Assembly (NCBI GenBank): GCA_965261735.1
Contig: OZ253470.1
Coordinates: forward strand, 4,384,001 to 4,448,000
From: Alphaproteobacteria bacterium
GTDB taxonomy: Bacteria; Pseudomonadota; Alphaproteobacteria; SHVV01
DNA length: 64,000 nt
Direction of reading: 5' to 3'
Position numbers and translations under genes: made by a program. The notes under the pieces were generated by a model. The model was not told where the DNA came from, did not search any database, and was given only the letters and a program-made list of their open reading frames with translations. This document shows positions 29,025-41,515 of this stretch, piece by piece (the stretch's first letter is position 1; the number at the start of each line of letters is the position of its first letter).

Positions 29025-31135
29025 GCCACCAACTCCTTAAATTTCTGAGCGATCCGCTCAGCGAGTTCCGCCGCTTCATCATTCAGCCCCTTGATATCGA
29101 TGTGGATCGACCGCAGCGCCTCCGCGAAGTCGAAGTCCTCGTCCTTCTCTTCGGGCGCCACGCCAACATAGCGGCCCGGTGTCAGGCTCCAGTCGTGCGC
29201 CTCGATCTCGGCGCGGTCGACCAGCTTCACCAGCCCCTCGACATCCCGCAGCTCGGCATCGGGGAAGCGCTCGTGCAGCCAGTCCGCCTGTCTCACGAAA
29301 TACCGTGCCCGGCGCAATGCCTCCACGGCCCCAGCCCGCGCGCCCTCCAGTGCCTTGCGCGCCTTGTTGATGTCCGTATTGGCCCAGAGTTCGGATCCCC
29401 GTGCATCGAGTTCCTTCACGGCGGTATCGATCGCGCGCCCCGCGAGTTTCGCGGCGAGGTCGATTTGCCTGGTCAGGTCCCGGCAGCGGTCGGCCGTGTC
29501 GTGCAAGCCTTCGCGCGCCTTGTGCAGCGCGGCATTGTCCCGACTCGGTCCGTTGCCGCCCTTCGCCCAGTCGGCAGTCCGGGCGGTGACCTCGCCTTCG
29601 AACGCCTCGATGTCAGCCGACAGGGTGGCCTGCACGGAAGTCAGCTCCTCCCAGGTGCCTGCCATCGGGTCGGGATCGTGCCTCTGGGTCGCGTAGGGTT
29701 CGGCCAGATCGATCAGCGCGCCCAGCGCCTCCTCGAACGTCCCCAGCGACTCGTCGGTCGTCTGGCCTTCCGCCAGGGCCTGTGAGAGGTAGGTCTCCAC
29801 CAGTTGGAGGAACCGCTCCGTCTGCCCCCGATAGAGCCAGACGATGGCGGCGATGTTCTTTTGCTGCTCCGGGCTGAAGTCGAAGATGGCGCGCGTGACC
29901 TTGCGGTAGATGTTGCGCGCATCGAGCATCAGCACATGGTCGCGCCGGGCCTCGTCCCGTTCTTTCGCGCGGTCAAGGAACCAGAGCTGGCAGGGCACCG
30001 TGCGCGTGTAGAAGAAGTTGCCACGGATATCGATCATTACGTCGACCGCGCCGGTCTCGATCAGCTTCTGGCGGACCTTCGCCTCGTCCCGACCGGCGCT
30101 GGAGGCCTGCGACGACATCACGATACCGGCGCGGCCGCCCTCGTTCAGATAGCTGTAAAAATACTGAAGCCACAGGTAGTTGGCGTTCGAGACCTTCTTG
30201 GCCTTGTTCACGCCAGGCAGGCCGAAGGGAAGGCGCTTGTCGCCCTTGACCTTCTCGGCGTCGACCTCGTCCACATTGAACGGCGGATTGGCCATCACGA
30301 AGTCGCACGCGTCGACCAGCTCATGCGGGTCCTTGTAGTAGGTAATGGCCTCGTTCCCAGCCCGAATGGTGCCCTGCAGGCCGTGAACGGCGAGGTTGAT
30401 CTGGGCGAGCTTCGCGGTCGTCTCGTTCTTCTCGTGACCGTAGAAGGTCACCCGCTCCATGGTGTTCTCGCCTTCACCCTCGATGAAGTGGCTCGACTGC
30501 ACGAACATACCCCCCGAGCCGCAGGCGGGATCGAAGATCACGCCGTGATCGGGCTCGATCACGTTGACGATGGTCTGGACGATGGAGGGCGGGGTGAAGA
30601 ACTCGCCGTTGTCGTGCGCACCCTGCTTCGAGAACTCGACAAGGAAGTACTCGTAGATGCGGCCGAACACGTCGCCCGAGGCCGTGCGCAGCGCCTCGGA
30701 ATCGAAGGCCCGCATCATGCCTTCGAGAACATCGTCCTCAAAGTGCGTGTAGTCCTTCGGCAACTGCCCGGCAAGCGGAGGGAAGTGGTCTTCCACGGCC
30801 TCCATGGCGGCTGTCACGGCGGCGCCGAGATTGCCGTCCTTCGGCCTCTCCAGCTGCACGTCAAAGCGGGCCGCCTCGGGCAGCATCAGGGCACGGCGGC
30901 TCTTGAAATCATCCTCCACGAGAGGCCGGTCGGGCATACCTCCGGCAGCCTTGTCGGCTTCGATTGCCTTCAGCGTCGCGTAATAGCGGTTCGTCGCATG
31001 GCGCAGGAAGATCAGGCCCAGGATGGGCATGAAGTACTCGTTCGATGCGAGGTTCGAATTGGCCCGCAGGCCATCAGCGACCTTCCAGAGGTCCGCCTCG
31101 AATCGTTCGATGCCGGTAAGGTGGTCAGCAATCAT
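29021..31135 (-). CDS. hsdM: Type I methyltransferase subunit M (long form)
   Basis: GEFFTP, DPACGSGG, NPPF and WSLTPGRYV. Confidence 0.96.
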   Translation of the reverse strand: MIADHLTGIERFEADLWKVADGLRANSNLASNEYFMPILGLIFLRHATNRYYATLKAIEADKAAGGMPDRPLVEDDFKSRRALMLPEAARFDVQLERPKDGNLGAAVTAAMEAVEDHFPPLAGQLPKDYTHFEDDVLEGMMRAFDSEALRTASGDVFGRIYEYFLVEFSKQGAHDNGEFFTPPSIVQTIVNVIEPDHGVIFDPACGSGGMFVQSSHFIEGEGENTMERVTFYGHEKNETTAKLAQINLAVHGLQGTIRAGNEAITYYKDPHELVDACDFVMANPPFNVDEVDAEKVKGDKRLPFGLPGVNKAKKVSNANYLWLQYFYSYLNEGGRAGIVMSSQASSAGRDEAKVRQKLIETGAVDVMIDIRGNFFYTRTVPCQLWFLDRAKERDEARRDHVLMLDARNIYRKVTRAIFDFSPEQQKNIAAIVWLYRGQTERFLQLVETYLSQALAEGQTTDESLGTFEEALGALIDLAEPYATQRHDPDPMAGTWEELTSVQATLSADIEAFEGEVTARTADWAKGGNGPSRDNAALHKAREGLHDTADRCRDLTRQIDLAAKLAGRAIDTAVKELDARGSELWANTDINKARKALEGARAGAVEALRRARYFVRQADWLHERFPDAELRDVEGLVKLVDRAEIEAHDWSLTPGRYVGVAPEEKDEDFDFAEALRSIHIDIKGLNDEAAELAERIAQKFKELVA

Positions 31136-31239
31136 TCTTCCGTCGTCTTTCTCATGTTCTTCTCCATCGAGGCCGTACCGGTCGCCTGCGGCACCCTCAG
31201 CCGCTCATACTCCTCGACCGCCAACACGACGACAAGCGG
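31132..31239 (-). pseudogene. Phd/YefM antitoxin C-terminal half
   Basis: PLVVVLAVEEYERL...; stop overlaps the hsdM ATG. Confidence 0.55.
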
Positions 31240-31600
31240 GCGTGTCGACCCGCTCGGTCGACGACCTGGTGCAGGCCATGGGCATGTCGGGCGTCTCCAA
31301 GAGCCAGGTCTCCAGGCTGTGCGGCGAGATCGACGATAAGGTCAACGGCTTCCTCGATCGATCGCTGGAGGGCGACTGGCCCTATCTGTGGCTCGACGCA
31401 ACCTATGTGAAGGTGCGTGAGGCCGGGCGCATCGTCTCGGTCGCGGTGACCGTGGCTGTGGCCGTCAACGACCAGGGCCGTCGCGAGGTCCTGGGCATGG
31501 CGATCGGCGCGTCTGAGGCCGAGACCTTCTGGACCGAGTTCCTGCGCTCGCTGGCCCGGCGCGGTCTGCGCGGCGTCCAGCTCGTGATCTCCGACGACCG
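31238..31600 (+). mobile_element. Internal IS256 transposase fragment
   Basis: GVSTRSV...SKSQVS...YLWLDATY...GLRGVQLVISD. Confidence 0.85.
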
Positions 31601-33841
31601 GCGCTGGCGCCGCTCGCGGCGGGCTTCGTGTCGGTGCCGGCGGAGCATGACGGGGAGACGGAGTTCTGGCTGGAGCTCAGCTTCGGCGCGGCGGTCGAGC
31701 AGGGCTCGAAGTCGCACATCTGGGCGCTGCTCGGGGTGACCGGAGGCACAGTGAAGGCGATCCGCCGCAAGGACGACCGGCTCGACCAGTGGCGGATCAA
31801 GATTCAGCCCTCCTCGCACGAGGCGGTGACGGTGACGCTGTCGCCGTCCCCGGCCTGCGGGGCGACGGGCGCGGTATGCACGGAGGACGGGCGCACGTTC
31901 ACGACCGCCCTCGCGACGCAAATCCAGGGCCCGCCGGGCCTCGCGGTCGCGGATGCGGAGGTCGAGGAAGCGCCGGGCGCGCGGCTGGTGTTCACGGTCA
32001 CGCTGAACCGGGCGGCATCGGGGACGGTGACGGTGACGGCGGCGACCTCGGACGGCACGGCGGTGGCAGGCGAGGACTATGTCGCGAAGACGAAGACGGT
32101 GACCTTCGCCGCGGGCGAGACCTCGCAGATCGTCCGGGTGCGGGTGCTCGACGATGCGCATGACGAGGGGGCGGAGACGATGACGCTCACGCTCTCGAGC
32201 CCGTCGGGGGCGTATCTCGCCGACGGCACGGCGACGGGGACGATCACCAACACGGACCACATGCCGCAGGCGTGGATGGCGCGGTTCGGGCGCACGGTGG
32301 CGGACCAGGTTCTGGATGCAGTGGAAGGCCGCATGACGGCGCCGAGGGCTCCGGGGACGGAGCTGAGCGTTGCGGGGCAGCGGGTCGGCGGCGGCAGCGC
32401 CGCCGCGCCCGTGGCGGTCGATACGGGCGAGGCGGAGGCCGGTCTCGAAGTGCTTGCGGAGTGGCTGCGCGACGAGGAGGACGAGGACCGCACGGGCTTC
32501 GAATCGCGACCGGTGGCAGGCCGCGACATCCTGACCGGCAGCTCCTTCGCATTCACCGAGGGCTCGGCCGAGGGCGGCTTCGGCGCGGTGTGGGGCCGGG
32601 GCGCGATCTCGCGCTTCGACGGGCGCGAGGGCGACCTCACCCTCGACGGCGAGGTCGCGAGCGCGATGGTGGGCGCCGACTGGACGGGCGGTCGCGGCAG
32701 TGCGGGGCTGGCGGTGGCGCATTCGCGCGGCGAGGGCGACTATCGCTCGCCGGCCGGCGGCGGCGCGGTGGAGAGCACGCTCACCGGCGTCTATCCCTAC
32801 GGCCGCTATGACGTGAGCGAGCGGCTGTCGTTATGGGGCGTTGTGGGCTACGGCACGGGCACGCTCACGCTGACGCCGGAGGGCCAGGCGCCGATCGAGA
32901 CCGACATGGACCTCAGCATGGCAGCCGTGGGCGGGCGCAGCGTGGTGGTGAGGCCGCCCGCCGACGGCGGGCTCGAGCTCGCGGCGACCGCGGACGCGAT
33001 GGTTGTACAGACCGCGTCCGACGAGGTGCGTGGGAGCGCGGGCAGAAGCCTCGCGGCCTCGGAGGCGGAGGTCACAAGGGTCCGCTTCGGTTTCGATGGG
33101 ACGTGGCGCGGGATCGAGACGGAGGGCGGCGGTTCGCTCGTGCCGGGCTTCGAGATCGGGGTACGCCAGGCCGGCGGCGACGCGGAGACCGGCTTCGGGG
33201 CCGATATCGGCGCAGGCCTCGCCTGGTCGGACCCCGCGCATGGGATCGCAGCGGATGTGATAGCCAGGGGCCTGCTGACCCATGAGGACGGAAGCTTCCG
33301 CGAGCACGGCTTCGCGGGCTCCTTCGCCTGGGATCCGGCCCCGTCCTCGGATCGAGGGCCGAGGTTCACGCTGAGCCAGACGGTGGGGGCGTCTGCGACG
33401 GGCGGCATGGACGCGCTGTTCGGGCCCGAGACCGCGCCGGCGCTGGATACGGCGAACGACGAGGGCGACGATCTGCTGCAGCGCCGGCTCGAGACGCGGT
33501 TCGGCTACGGGTTCCCGCTGTTCGGCGGTCGCTACACGGGCACGCCGGAGATCGGCTTTGGCCTTACGGAGACCGGCCGCGAATACATCCACAAGTGGCG
33601 TCTTGCAGAGGCGCGGAGCGAAGGCTTCGTGTTCGGCCTCGATGTAGAGGGCACGCGGCGCGAGAGCGTGACGGACAACAGCGGGACGGAGCACGTGATC
33701 GGGTTCGGGCTCGGCTGGCGGCTCGAAGGCGCGCGGCGCGAGGGCTTCGAGCTCAGGCTGGAGGGATCGCGGCTCGATGCCGCGAACGACGACCGCGCGC
33801 CTGAGGACCGGATCGGGTTGAGGATGTCAGCGCGCTGGTAG
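31600..33841 (+). pseudogene. C-terminal part of a Calx-beta / autotransporter-like surface protein
   Basis: SDGTAVAGEDY...DDAHDEGAET (Calx-beta), WMARFGRTVA helix, beta-barrel ending in W; no signal peptide or true start. Confidence 0.75.
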
Positions 33842-34188
33842 GGCGTGCTGCGGTGGGTTTCCGTTCGGGGACCGGCGGCGGGGACGGACGGCCCCGTGTC
33901 TAGAGTCGCAACGCGATGAATGGGCGAAGCTTGCTGGCGACAGGAACCGCGTTCCGGGCGCAAAGCCAGTCTTGGACTCACGCATCTTTGGCTGCCTGGG
34001 GCCGGGGGTGGCGGTCGCCTGTTGTTAAGCGTCGAAGGCTGACCCCTCAGAGTCTAGCTTACTCAATAGGTTATCGCGCCGATCGGCGTCATTCCACCGT
34101 GCCGAACAACAGCGGCCCTTCCCTGCGGTCGTGGACGTTGTTTTGGAGTTCGCGCGCGCGTGCCCCCGAGCCGTCGACCGCTTACGAG

Positions 34189-35145
34189 CTACAAGCCCAT
34201 GACCGCTGCGATAGATTGCCCGACCCGCTCGGCCGCGGCCTCGATCTCGCGATCTCCCAGATGGGCGTAACGCAGCGTCGACCGCACATCGGAATGACCA
34301 AGCAGCCGGGAGACGACCGGAACCGGCACGCCGTTCATCACCGCGTGACTGGCATGGGTATGGCGCAGATCGTGAAGGCGAACGTCCTCGATGCCCGCCT
34401 CGCGCCGGGCGCGGTACCAGAACGGAAGGTTTCGGCTGCGGGGCCGGGCGGGATCTCTCGGGGACGGAAAGACGAACGGGCTTCCGCCGCGCGGCCGGCG
34501 TTCGAGAATGCGCCGGGCCGGGGTATTGAGGGGAACGATCCTGGGGCCCGTCTTGCTGTCGGCGAGGACCAGCCTGTCGCGATCGACTTCCGACCAGCGC
34601 AGCCGAAGGATTTCGCTCCTGCGGCATCCGGTCAGAAGCAGGAGCCGGATGATGTCCGCCTGCTCTCGCCTGTTGTCGCGGGTCTGCCTGTCCAGGACGC
34701 GATGGAGCCGAGCGGCCTCTTCGCGGGACAGAAAGCGCGAGAGGATCCGTCTCGGGTTCCTTTTCACGTCCCGCGCCGGGTTGGTTTCGAGGTGACCGCG
34801 GGCGATCGCGAAGTTGATAATCTGCGTGAGAAGGTCGAGCGCGTGATTGGCATTGCCGGGAGCGGTCCGGCTGAACCGGTCGAACCATCGCCCGACCTGG
34901 GCCGGGGCAATGCGGTCGAGCGGCTTCGAGCCGAAGGCGGGCAGCAGCTGGCGGTCGAGCAGGGACTGGACGCCCTTTCTCGTGGACGGCTTGTATCCGT
35001 CGAAATGGGCTTTCTTCCACGCACCCTCGACGAAGTCCCGGAACAGCGGAGCCGCGCGACTGGGCGTGCCAGTCGCTTGCGGCTCAGGGCTTGCCTTTCG
35101 CGCATGGCATTCGCGGCGGGCCTCGGCGACGGACTTCAGCGACAC
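34189..35145 (-). pseudogene. Tyrosine integrase, N-terminus truncated
   Basis: TGCRRSE, SKTG, HDLRH and LLGH...LRYAH. Confidence 0.85.
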
Positions 35146-35714
35146 CCGAAGCGCTCGTTGACGTACTGCATGATGGGCGCACAGGAGCGGAAATTCGTGG
35201 AGATCGGCAGGACACCATCCGGTGCATGCCCAAGAAAAGCATCTCGCGCCTGCAGGTAGGCGGCGATATCAGCGCCGCGGAAGCGATAGATCGCCTGTTT
35301 GGGATCGCCCACGAGGAACAGGGCGCCCTGACGGAGCTCGAAAGATGTCCAGTCACCGGTATCCGCGTTTGCCGGCAGGTCGCCGCAGAGACGCCAGAAT
35401 ATCTCGGTTTGCAGCGGATCCGTGTCCTGAAACTCATCGACGAGAACGTGGGTGTAGCGGGCCGCCAGCGCCCGGCGCACCTCGTCGTGATCGCGCAACA
35501 GATCGCGCGCGGCGAATATCAGGTCGTCGAAATCGAGAAGGGCGGCAGACCGCTTATGCTCGCGGAAGTGCTCCATAACCGGCCGCACGAGTTGGATCAA
35601 ATCGGCGAGGACGCGTGACGCAGCAGCTTGCACCAATGCAGTCCAAGTCTCACAGCACCGGTCGTAGTGAGTGCTAGCCACGGCATTCAGCCGATCGCCA
35701 TCGGCTTTCGCCAA
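35145..35714 (-). pseudogene. UvrD/AddA-type helicase internal fragment
   Basis: LVDEFQDT, VGDPKQAIYRFRGAD and TNFRS. Confidence 0.8.
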
Positions 35715-35715
35715 G

Positions 35716-35832
35716 CCTTATGTTCGATAAAAGTCCAACATGTATGTTTTTTTCTTTACCAGAATTGGTGTTGATAACATCCAGAGGAAGGGCAACTTCA
35801 ATCAATTTTTTCCGATATTCATCTTCAGCCAT
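35716..35832 (-). pseudogene. DUF1156 DNA methyltransferase N-terminal stub
   Basis: MAEDEYRKKLIEVALPLDVIN...KEKNI, with a GAGGA RBS. Confidence 0.7.
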
Positions 35833-35846
35833 TGGGTCCTCTTTTT

Positions 35847-37531
35847 TTATGTAATTCGCGTATCGAGATGGGAAGGGAGCCAGCCGACAACGACATGCTG
35901 TTCCTCGTCATCCCAGAAAAGTAAAGCCGGAAGCAGCGTCGGTTGTCGTTATGCCCCGTGCCTTTCTTCAGATGCCGGTCTAATAGGACCCGGCGACCAC
36001 CGTAGCGAACGAAATACGTTTCGCCTTTTTCTCCATAACGCGTTCCGTGGAATGTCGGCTGTTCATCAAGACCTAGTTCGCGACATGCGTTCTCAAAGGT
36101 CTGTTTCTTCTCAAACCCACCTTCGCGCCGCATGGGCGCGTAATGATCACGCAGAACCAAAAGCGATTTGTAGATCAGGAACACATCTTCGTACTCTGAC
36201 TTCGCGACGCCCCGAAACGCGCGGTTGTGTAGTGCGACTGCCCCTGAAAGGTTTTCTTGGCACCATTCCTCGAAACCATCTAAATGGTTCGGGATTTCGG
36301 GCGTGGTTGAGTGGCCAGAGGCCTTCAGTTGGTTCTCAAGGCTCTCAATACGATGAAGAAGATGGATATTTCGGACGCGAGCCTGTTGAGCGGCTTCTTG
36401 CGCTTGGTTCCGTTCCTGCTCGGCCACGGAAAGTAGCCCATCGTGCTCCTTTTCCAAAACATCAAAGGAGTCCGTCATCTCCTCGATTTCCAGTTCGGCG
36501 AGTTCGAGAAGGTCGGCGTCAGATGAACCTTCTTCTTTTGCAGCATCTCTTCTCAACTCAGTCGCGATGCGACGAACTTCCATAAACGGTGGGAGCCTTC
36601 GTTCAAGCTCCTGATCGAATATAGATCGGATCAGTGCTTGTGAGATCAGAAGACGCTCGTAGGCGGCAGGACCGCCGCCTGGCCATTCGGCAATTCGACC
36701 GGGGAGACCAAGAGGGTGGGAGAAGAGTTCGTCCTTCCCGGGATCAAATCCAGGTCGATATGTCCGAGCTGCCTGCCGATAGACTGAGAACTCCTTCCCG
36801 ACGTGATCCGACAATGCGTAGCTCGCTGTCCCGCTGATCACGGCAACATGGGCCGCCCCGACGGTTCGCCTTGCAACTTCAACAGAGGAGGCGATTGTCT
36901 CGTCTTGATCAGAGGAGCCTTCCGGCAACGAGAACACAATTACGTCGCAGCGCCGATTGGGGTCGAGAAGTAAGCCGACAAGCTCTTCTATCTCCTCCTC
37001 GGATTCGATGAACCACGGCTCGACCGAGATCGTCCGGCCTTCGAGTTCCACCGAGTGCTGCTCGACGATATCCCGGACGAAACGCGGAATCGATCGGTCG
37101 AAGGCAATGTCGTCTCCGCGTGTGACGCACTGCAAACGGCAGCCCAACAAGGCTGTTCCGTCTTTCTGCTCGCCGATGCCTATTTCGGTTGTCCAGACTC
37201 GCTGTGCCACGCTCTTGTCGGCGTCGTCAAGCCGCGCGGCCCAATAGCGCGGGGTCGGAATGGCGACAGCCTCCGTTCTTTGGGCGCCGACATCATCCAG
37301 CGAGAATGACTCGCCGTGATGCGCTTCGTCAGGGAGACGCTTCCCCGCGCGCCGGGCCATCCATTCGAGGACGGTGCCGCGCGCGGCTTCGAAAGGCGGG
37401 CATTCATCTTCGGGCCGTAATCGAAGGATCACCTGACTAACGGGTCGCACCAGTCCTTCGCGTTGACGGCGCCGGGTCGCAACAGGCGCGAGATCTTGGG
37501 CGAATGGCGCGTTCCACGTGGTCCTTGTCAT
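35847..37531 (-). CDS. Hypothetical protein: N-terminal domain, coiled coil and RelE-like C-terminal domain; frameshift near the end
   Basis: ATGA-coupled to the helicase; HLKKG...CFRLYF continues as FWDDEEQHVVVGWLPSHL in another frame at 35917-35920. Confidence 0.6.
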
Positions 37532-40130
37532 GACGGCTCCTCCGCCCGCGCAAGCAGGTCCGCCATTTTGTAGGTTACGCTGGTCGCGCCGAAGTCCGGC
37601 TCTTTCCCGAAGGGCTTGCGGACATAGCACGGCTGCTGCGAAAAGCCGTTTGCGACCGCTACAATGGCAAGGATGAAGCCATTCGGCGCATTCAGCGCCG
37701 TCAGGATTTCATTACGTGTGACGGTTACGGTGTCCGCGCCGGCGACCCGGCCCTTGACCTCGATGAACCGGAGATTGCCCGAGTTTGGATCGTGGCTTTC
37801 TATGTCGTAACCGATGCGCTCCCGGCTTACATCACGCGGCTTGAAACCAAGCAGACGTTCGGCAGCGAATACAGCTTCCATGGCAAGAAGTTCGATCGCG
37901 GCCCGTGCGTCCGCTGATGCTTCAACAAAACCGCTGACACTTGCCGATTGCTCGTTCTGCGTTTTCTTCAGAAGTCCGCCCGGAACCACCAGCGCACCGC
38001 CATGCACGGACGGCGGCAGCGCAGAAATCTCGCGCTCGCGCTGAAGCTCCGCAAGGCGACGTTTTAGGCGGTCGGCCAGTTCATTTGCGCGCGCCTCGGC
38101 CTGACGGGCGTTGAAACGCCCGCCCCCCTTGCCGGCGCGCTCCTGTGCCTTCAGGTCCTCGGCGCGGTGATCCCAATATACGATCTCCCTCTTGAGCCTA
38201 GCAGTAACCTCTTGTTCGACCTTTGCAATTTCCGCAAGGCGGCGCTTTTTCACCTCCTCCACATGCGACGGCACCAGAGTAGTGATGGCGTGCGCTATGA
38301 CGTGACTCTCCAGATCGCCCGTGAGCCAGTCTGCCTTCAGATGATCCTCAAGAAGGGCTCTCTCTTCGTCGCGTAGCGGTCGGTAATCGAGATAGGGCGC
38401 CGGGCCGCCGTCTCGCGTCGCGCCGTCTGCGTCGATTTCAATGAACTGGAGCCGCTGCGAGACAACCTGTTGCTGGCCGGTGCCGGTCATCCGACCATCC
38501 TGAACCCTGTGCTTAAGATAGAACAGCGCGCGGATGTCCTCGCTCTCATCGGTTTCGTTCAAGAGAACCGCTCCACGTTTCATTATGTCACGGTAGCGTT
38601 CAAGAACAAGATCCACTGTGGCATCCAGCAACGGATGTCCGGGACAAAGGTAGGCGGCAAGCGGTGGGCCACTGATGAATTCCTTTTCAAAGCAGGCGCG
38701 CTCGTAGCGTTCCAGCACAGGCTCGGTACGGCCGATCTGACGGTCGCGCTCGCGTATCGAGCCGGGCACGCGGGTGATCTCCCAGCGCCCGGTCTCGCGC
38801 CGGTGTATCTGGCCGCCAAACTGTTTGAACGCAGCCAGAAAGAAGCTCTGAATGTAATGGGGCTGAAGTCGCCGCGCCTCGGCCCGTTCCATTTCCTCGC
38901 GGATCGCCGCGACACTCGCGGCGGTCATGCTGTCGCGCACCAGTGCGCGTTGTTCCAGAAGGTCGAGTAGGTGTTTGTGATCTACCGCTTGATCTACCGC
39001 TTCGAACAACCGCTGCTTTACGTCGGGGCGTTCGCCGTAGCGGATCGCCTCGACAAGCAGATCACGCAACTCCGTACCCTGAAACAGGCGGCCCAGAACA
39101 TTATAGACGCGACCACCTAGGGTCGTACGTGCTGTTTCAAGCTTTTCGAGTAGGCGGGAATAAACCTCGCCCTCGCGAGTATCGCTGGCGACAAGGTTCC
39201 AAAGATGGCAAACCTCGGTTTGTCCGATGCGGTGAATACGCCCGAAGCGTTGCTCAAGTCTGTTCGGATTCCAGGGCAGATCGTAGTTCACCATCAGATG
39301 GGCGCGCTGAAGATTGATGCCTTCGCCCGCCGCGTCATTCGCGACCATGACCACCACGTCCTTGTCGTGGGTGAAAGACTCGACCGCCTTGCGCCGATCC
39401 TTGCGTCCAACGCCACCATGGATCACGACAACGGCTTCATGGCGTCCGAGCCGCGTTCGGATTTTGTCGGCAAGGTAATCCAACGTGTCGCGCGGCTCGG
39501 TGAAGATGATCAGCTTACGGCGGTTGCGAGCCTCATCAATCATAAGTGGATGATCGAGAATGGTGTTGAGCTGCGTCCATTTCGTGTCCACACCGGAACG
39601 GCGAAGGTCGCGCGCCTGTGTTTCAAGCTGGCGCAGCATCTCGATCTCGGTTTCCAGCTCGGGGATCGTGCGTGCCGCCGTCGCGCGGTCGAGTACGGCT
39701 TCTTCGCTCACCTCGACCTCTTCCTCGGTCGCCTCCTCGAGCTCTTTAGGATCGTATGCGACCTGCGAGTCGTCGGTCAGTTCACCCTGCGCGCCCGCAA
39801 CAGTCTGTCCGCGCGATACGAGACGAGCCTCGGCAAGGCGCTTCTCAAGGCGCTCCCGCCTGCGGCGCAGGCTCTCGTGAATAGCGGCGGGAGAGGATGC
39901 CAGCCGACGTTGCAGAATCTGGAGGGCGAAGCCGACATTCATTCTCTGCTTGTCATCGCCTTCCGCGAAGCGCTCGGCGCGGTTCATCTCTTCTCGAACG
40001 TAAGTAGTCACGGCAGCGTAGAGCGCGGCCTCCTGATCCGACAACTCGTATTCAGCGGTGTAAGCCCGCCGTTCCGGGAAAAGCGGACGTCCGTCGAACT
40101 TCAGAAGCTCTTCCTTCGTGAGGCGGCGCA
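37528..40130 (-). pseudogene. SNF2-type helicase with C-terminal DUF3883 nuclease domain, N-terminal half lost
   Basis: AAGEGINLQ, YDLPWNPNRLEQRFGRIHRIG and GYDIES...FIEVKG; 5-prime part replaced by IS256. Confidence 0.85.
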
Positions 40131-41515
40131 TCGAAAGTGGTGGAAATTTGAGGATGGCGTAATCTCCGGGTGACAAGACAACCACCCAATCGGCGGCTAG
40201 CACCGCCAAGGAGATCACGCCATGAAGAACACTACCGAGACTTCCGCGCTTTCGCTACTGGCCAATGACGCCGGCTATGATCCGCTCGAGGACCGGCTGC
40301 GGGAGAACATCAGATCCACGATCGAGGCCGTTTTTGAGGAGGAACTTGCGCAGTTTCTCGGGCGCTGCCGATACGGTCGAGAGGACGCGCTTCGGCAAGG
40401 GTATCGGAACGGGCACCGGGAGCGGCAACTGACGGGGACATTCGGGACCGAGAGGGTGAGCGTGCCGCGTGCGCGGATCGTTGAGGAAGACGGTCGGGCG
40501 TCGGAATGGCGTTCGCGGGCGCTGCCGCGCTACCAGCGGCTGACCAGAAAGGCCGAGGCGCTGATCGCTTCGGTGTATCTGTCCGGAACCAACACGCGGC
40601 GGGTGAAACGCGCGCTGTTCGGGCTCTTCCGGGGTGCTGTGAGCAAGGACGTTGTGAGCCGGGCGTGGCGCAAGGTGAAGGTCGATTGGGACGCCTGGTG
40701 CAGCCGTGGCCTCGCGGATGAGGATATCGTTCGGCTGATCCTTGACGGCACTGTGATCAAGATCCGACTGGACCGCAAGGCCACCAACATCTCGGTTCTC
40801 GCGGCTATAGGGGTGCGCCGGGATGGCCAGAAGGTCTTGCTTTCGATCGGGAATATGGGCGGAGAAAGCCAGGCGGCGTGGCGCCAGTTCCTCGACGACC
40901 TTGATGCGCGTGGACTGAAACGGCCCGGGTTTGTCATCGTCGATGGCGCGCCGGGACTGGAGGCGGCTCTGTCGGCGCTTTGGGGCGATGACCTTCCCGT
41001 TCAACGCTGCACCGTGCACAAGCACCGCAACCTTCTGGGTCATGCTCCCAAACACATGCATGACGAGCTGAGCGAAGATTACCGCGATATGATCTATGCC
41101 GACACTGCCTCCGAGGTGGAAACCCGCCGCAAGGTGTTTGTCCGCAAGTGGCGGCTGAAATGCAGGGCCGTCGCGGACAGCCTCGCAGAAGCGGGCGACA
41201 AGCTCTTTACCTTCACGCGCCTGTCCAAGAGCCAATGGAAATCAGCCCGAACGACCAACGCCATTGAGCGTCTCAACGAGGAGTTCAAGCGCCGGATCAA
41301 AACACAGACCGTGCTGCCGTGTCCCGAAACAGTGCCGATGCTCCTCTGGGCGCTCCTCGCTTCCGGCCAAATCCAGATGCGCAAAGTCGATGGATGGGAA
41401 ACCCTCGATCAGCTAATCGCCGACGAAACCCTTGACCGCGCGGCCTGACCGCCGCAAAACTCAACCCGCTCGGAGAGGCGCCAAAACCAATTTCCACCAC
41501 TTTCGAGACACAACC
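40131..41515 (+). mobile_element. IS256-family element; transposase 40222-41448 intact, left IR clipped
   Basis: YRNG, LDG, VDG, QRCTVH and TTNAIERLN; right IR ccactttcgagacacaacc. Confidence 0.93.

Noticed and set aside
37528-40218. 896-aa helicase as a complete gene
   Set aside because: The first approx. 29 residues come from the IS256 end (identical to ORF 61776-62018); Walker A and DEAH motifs are missing
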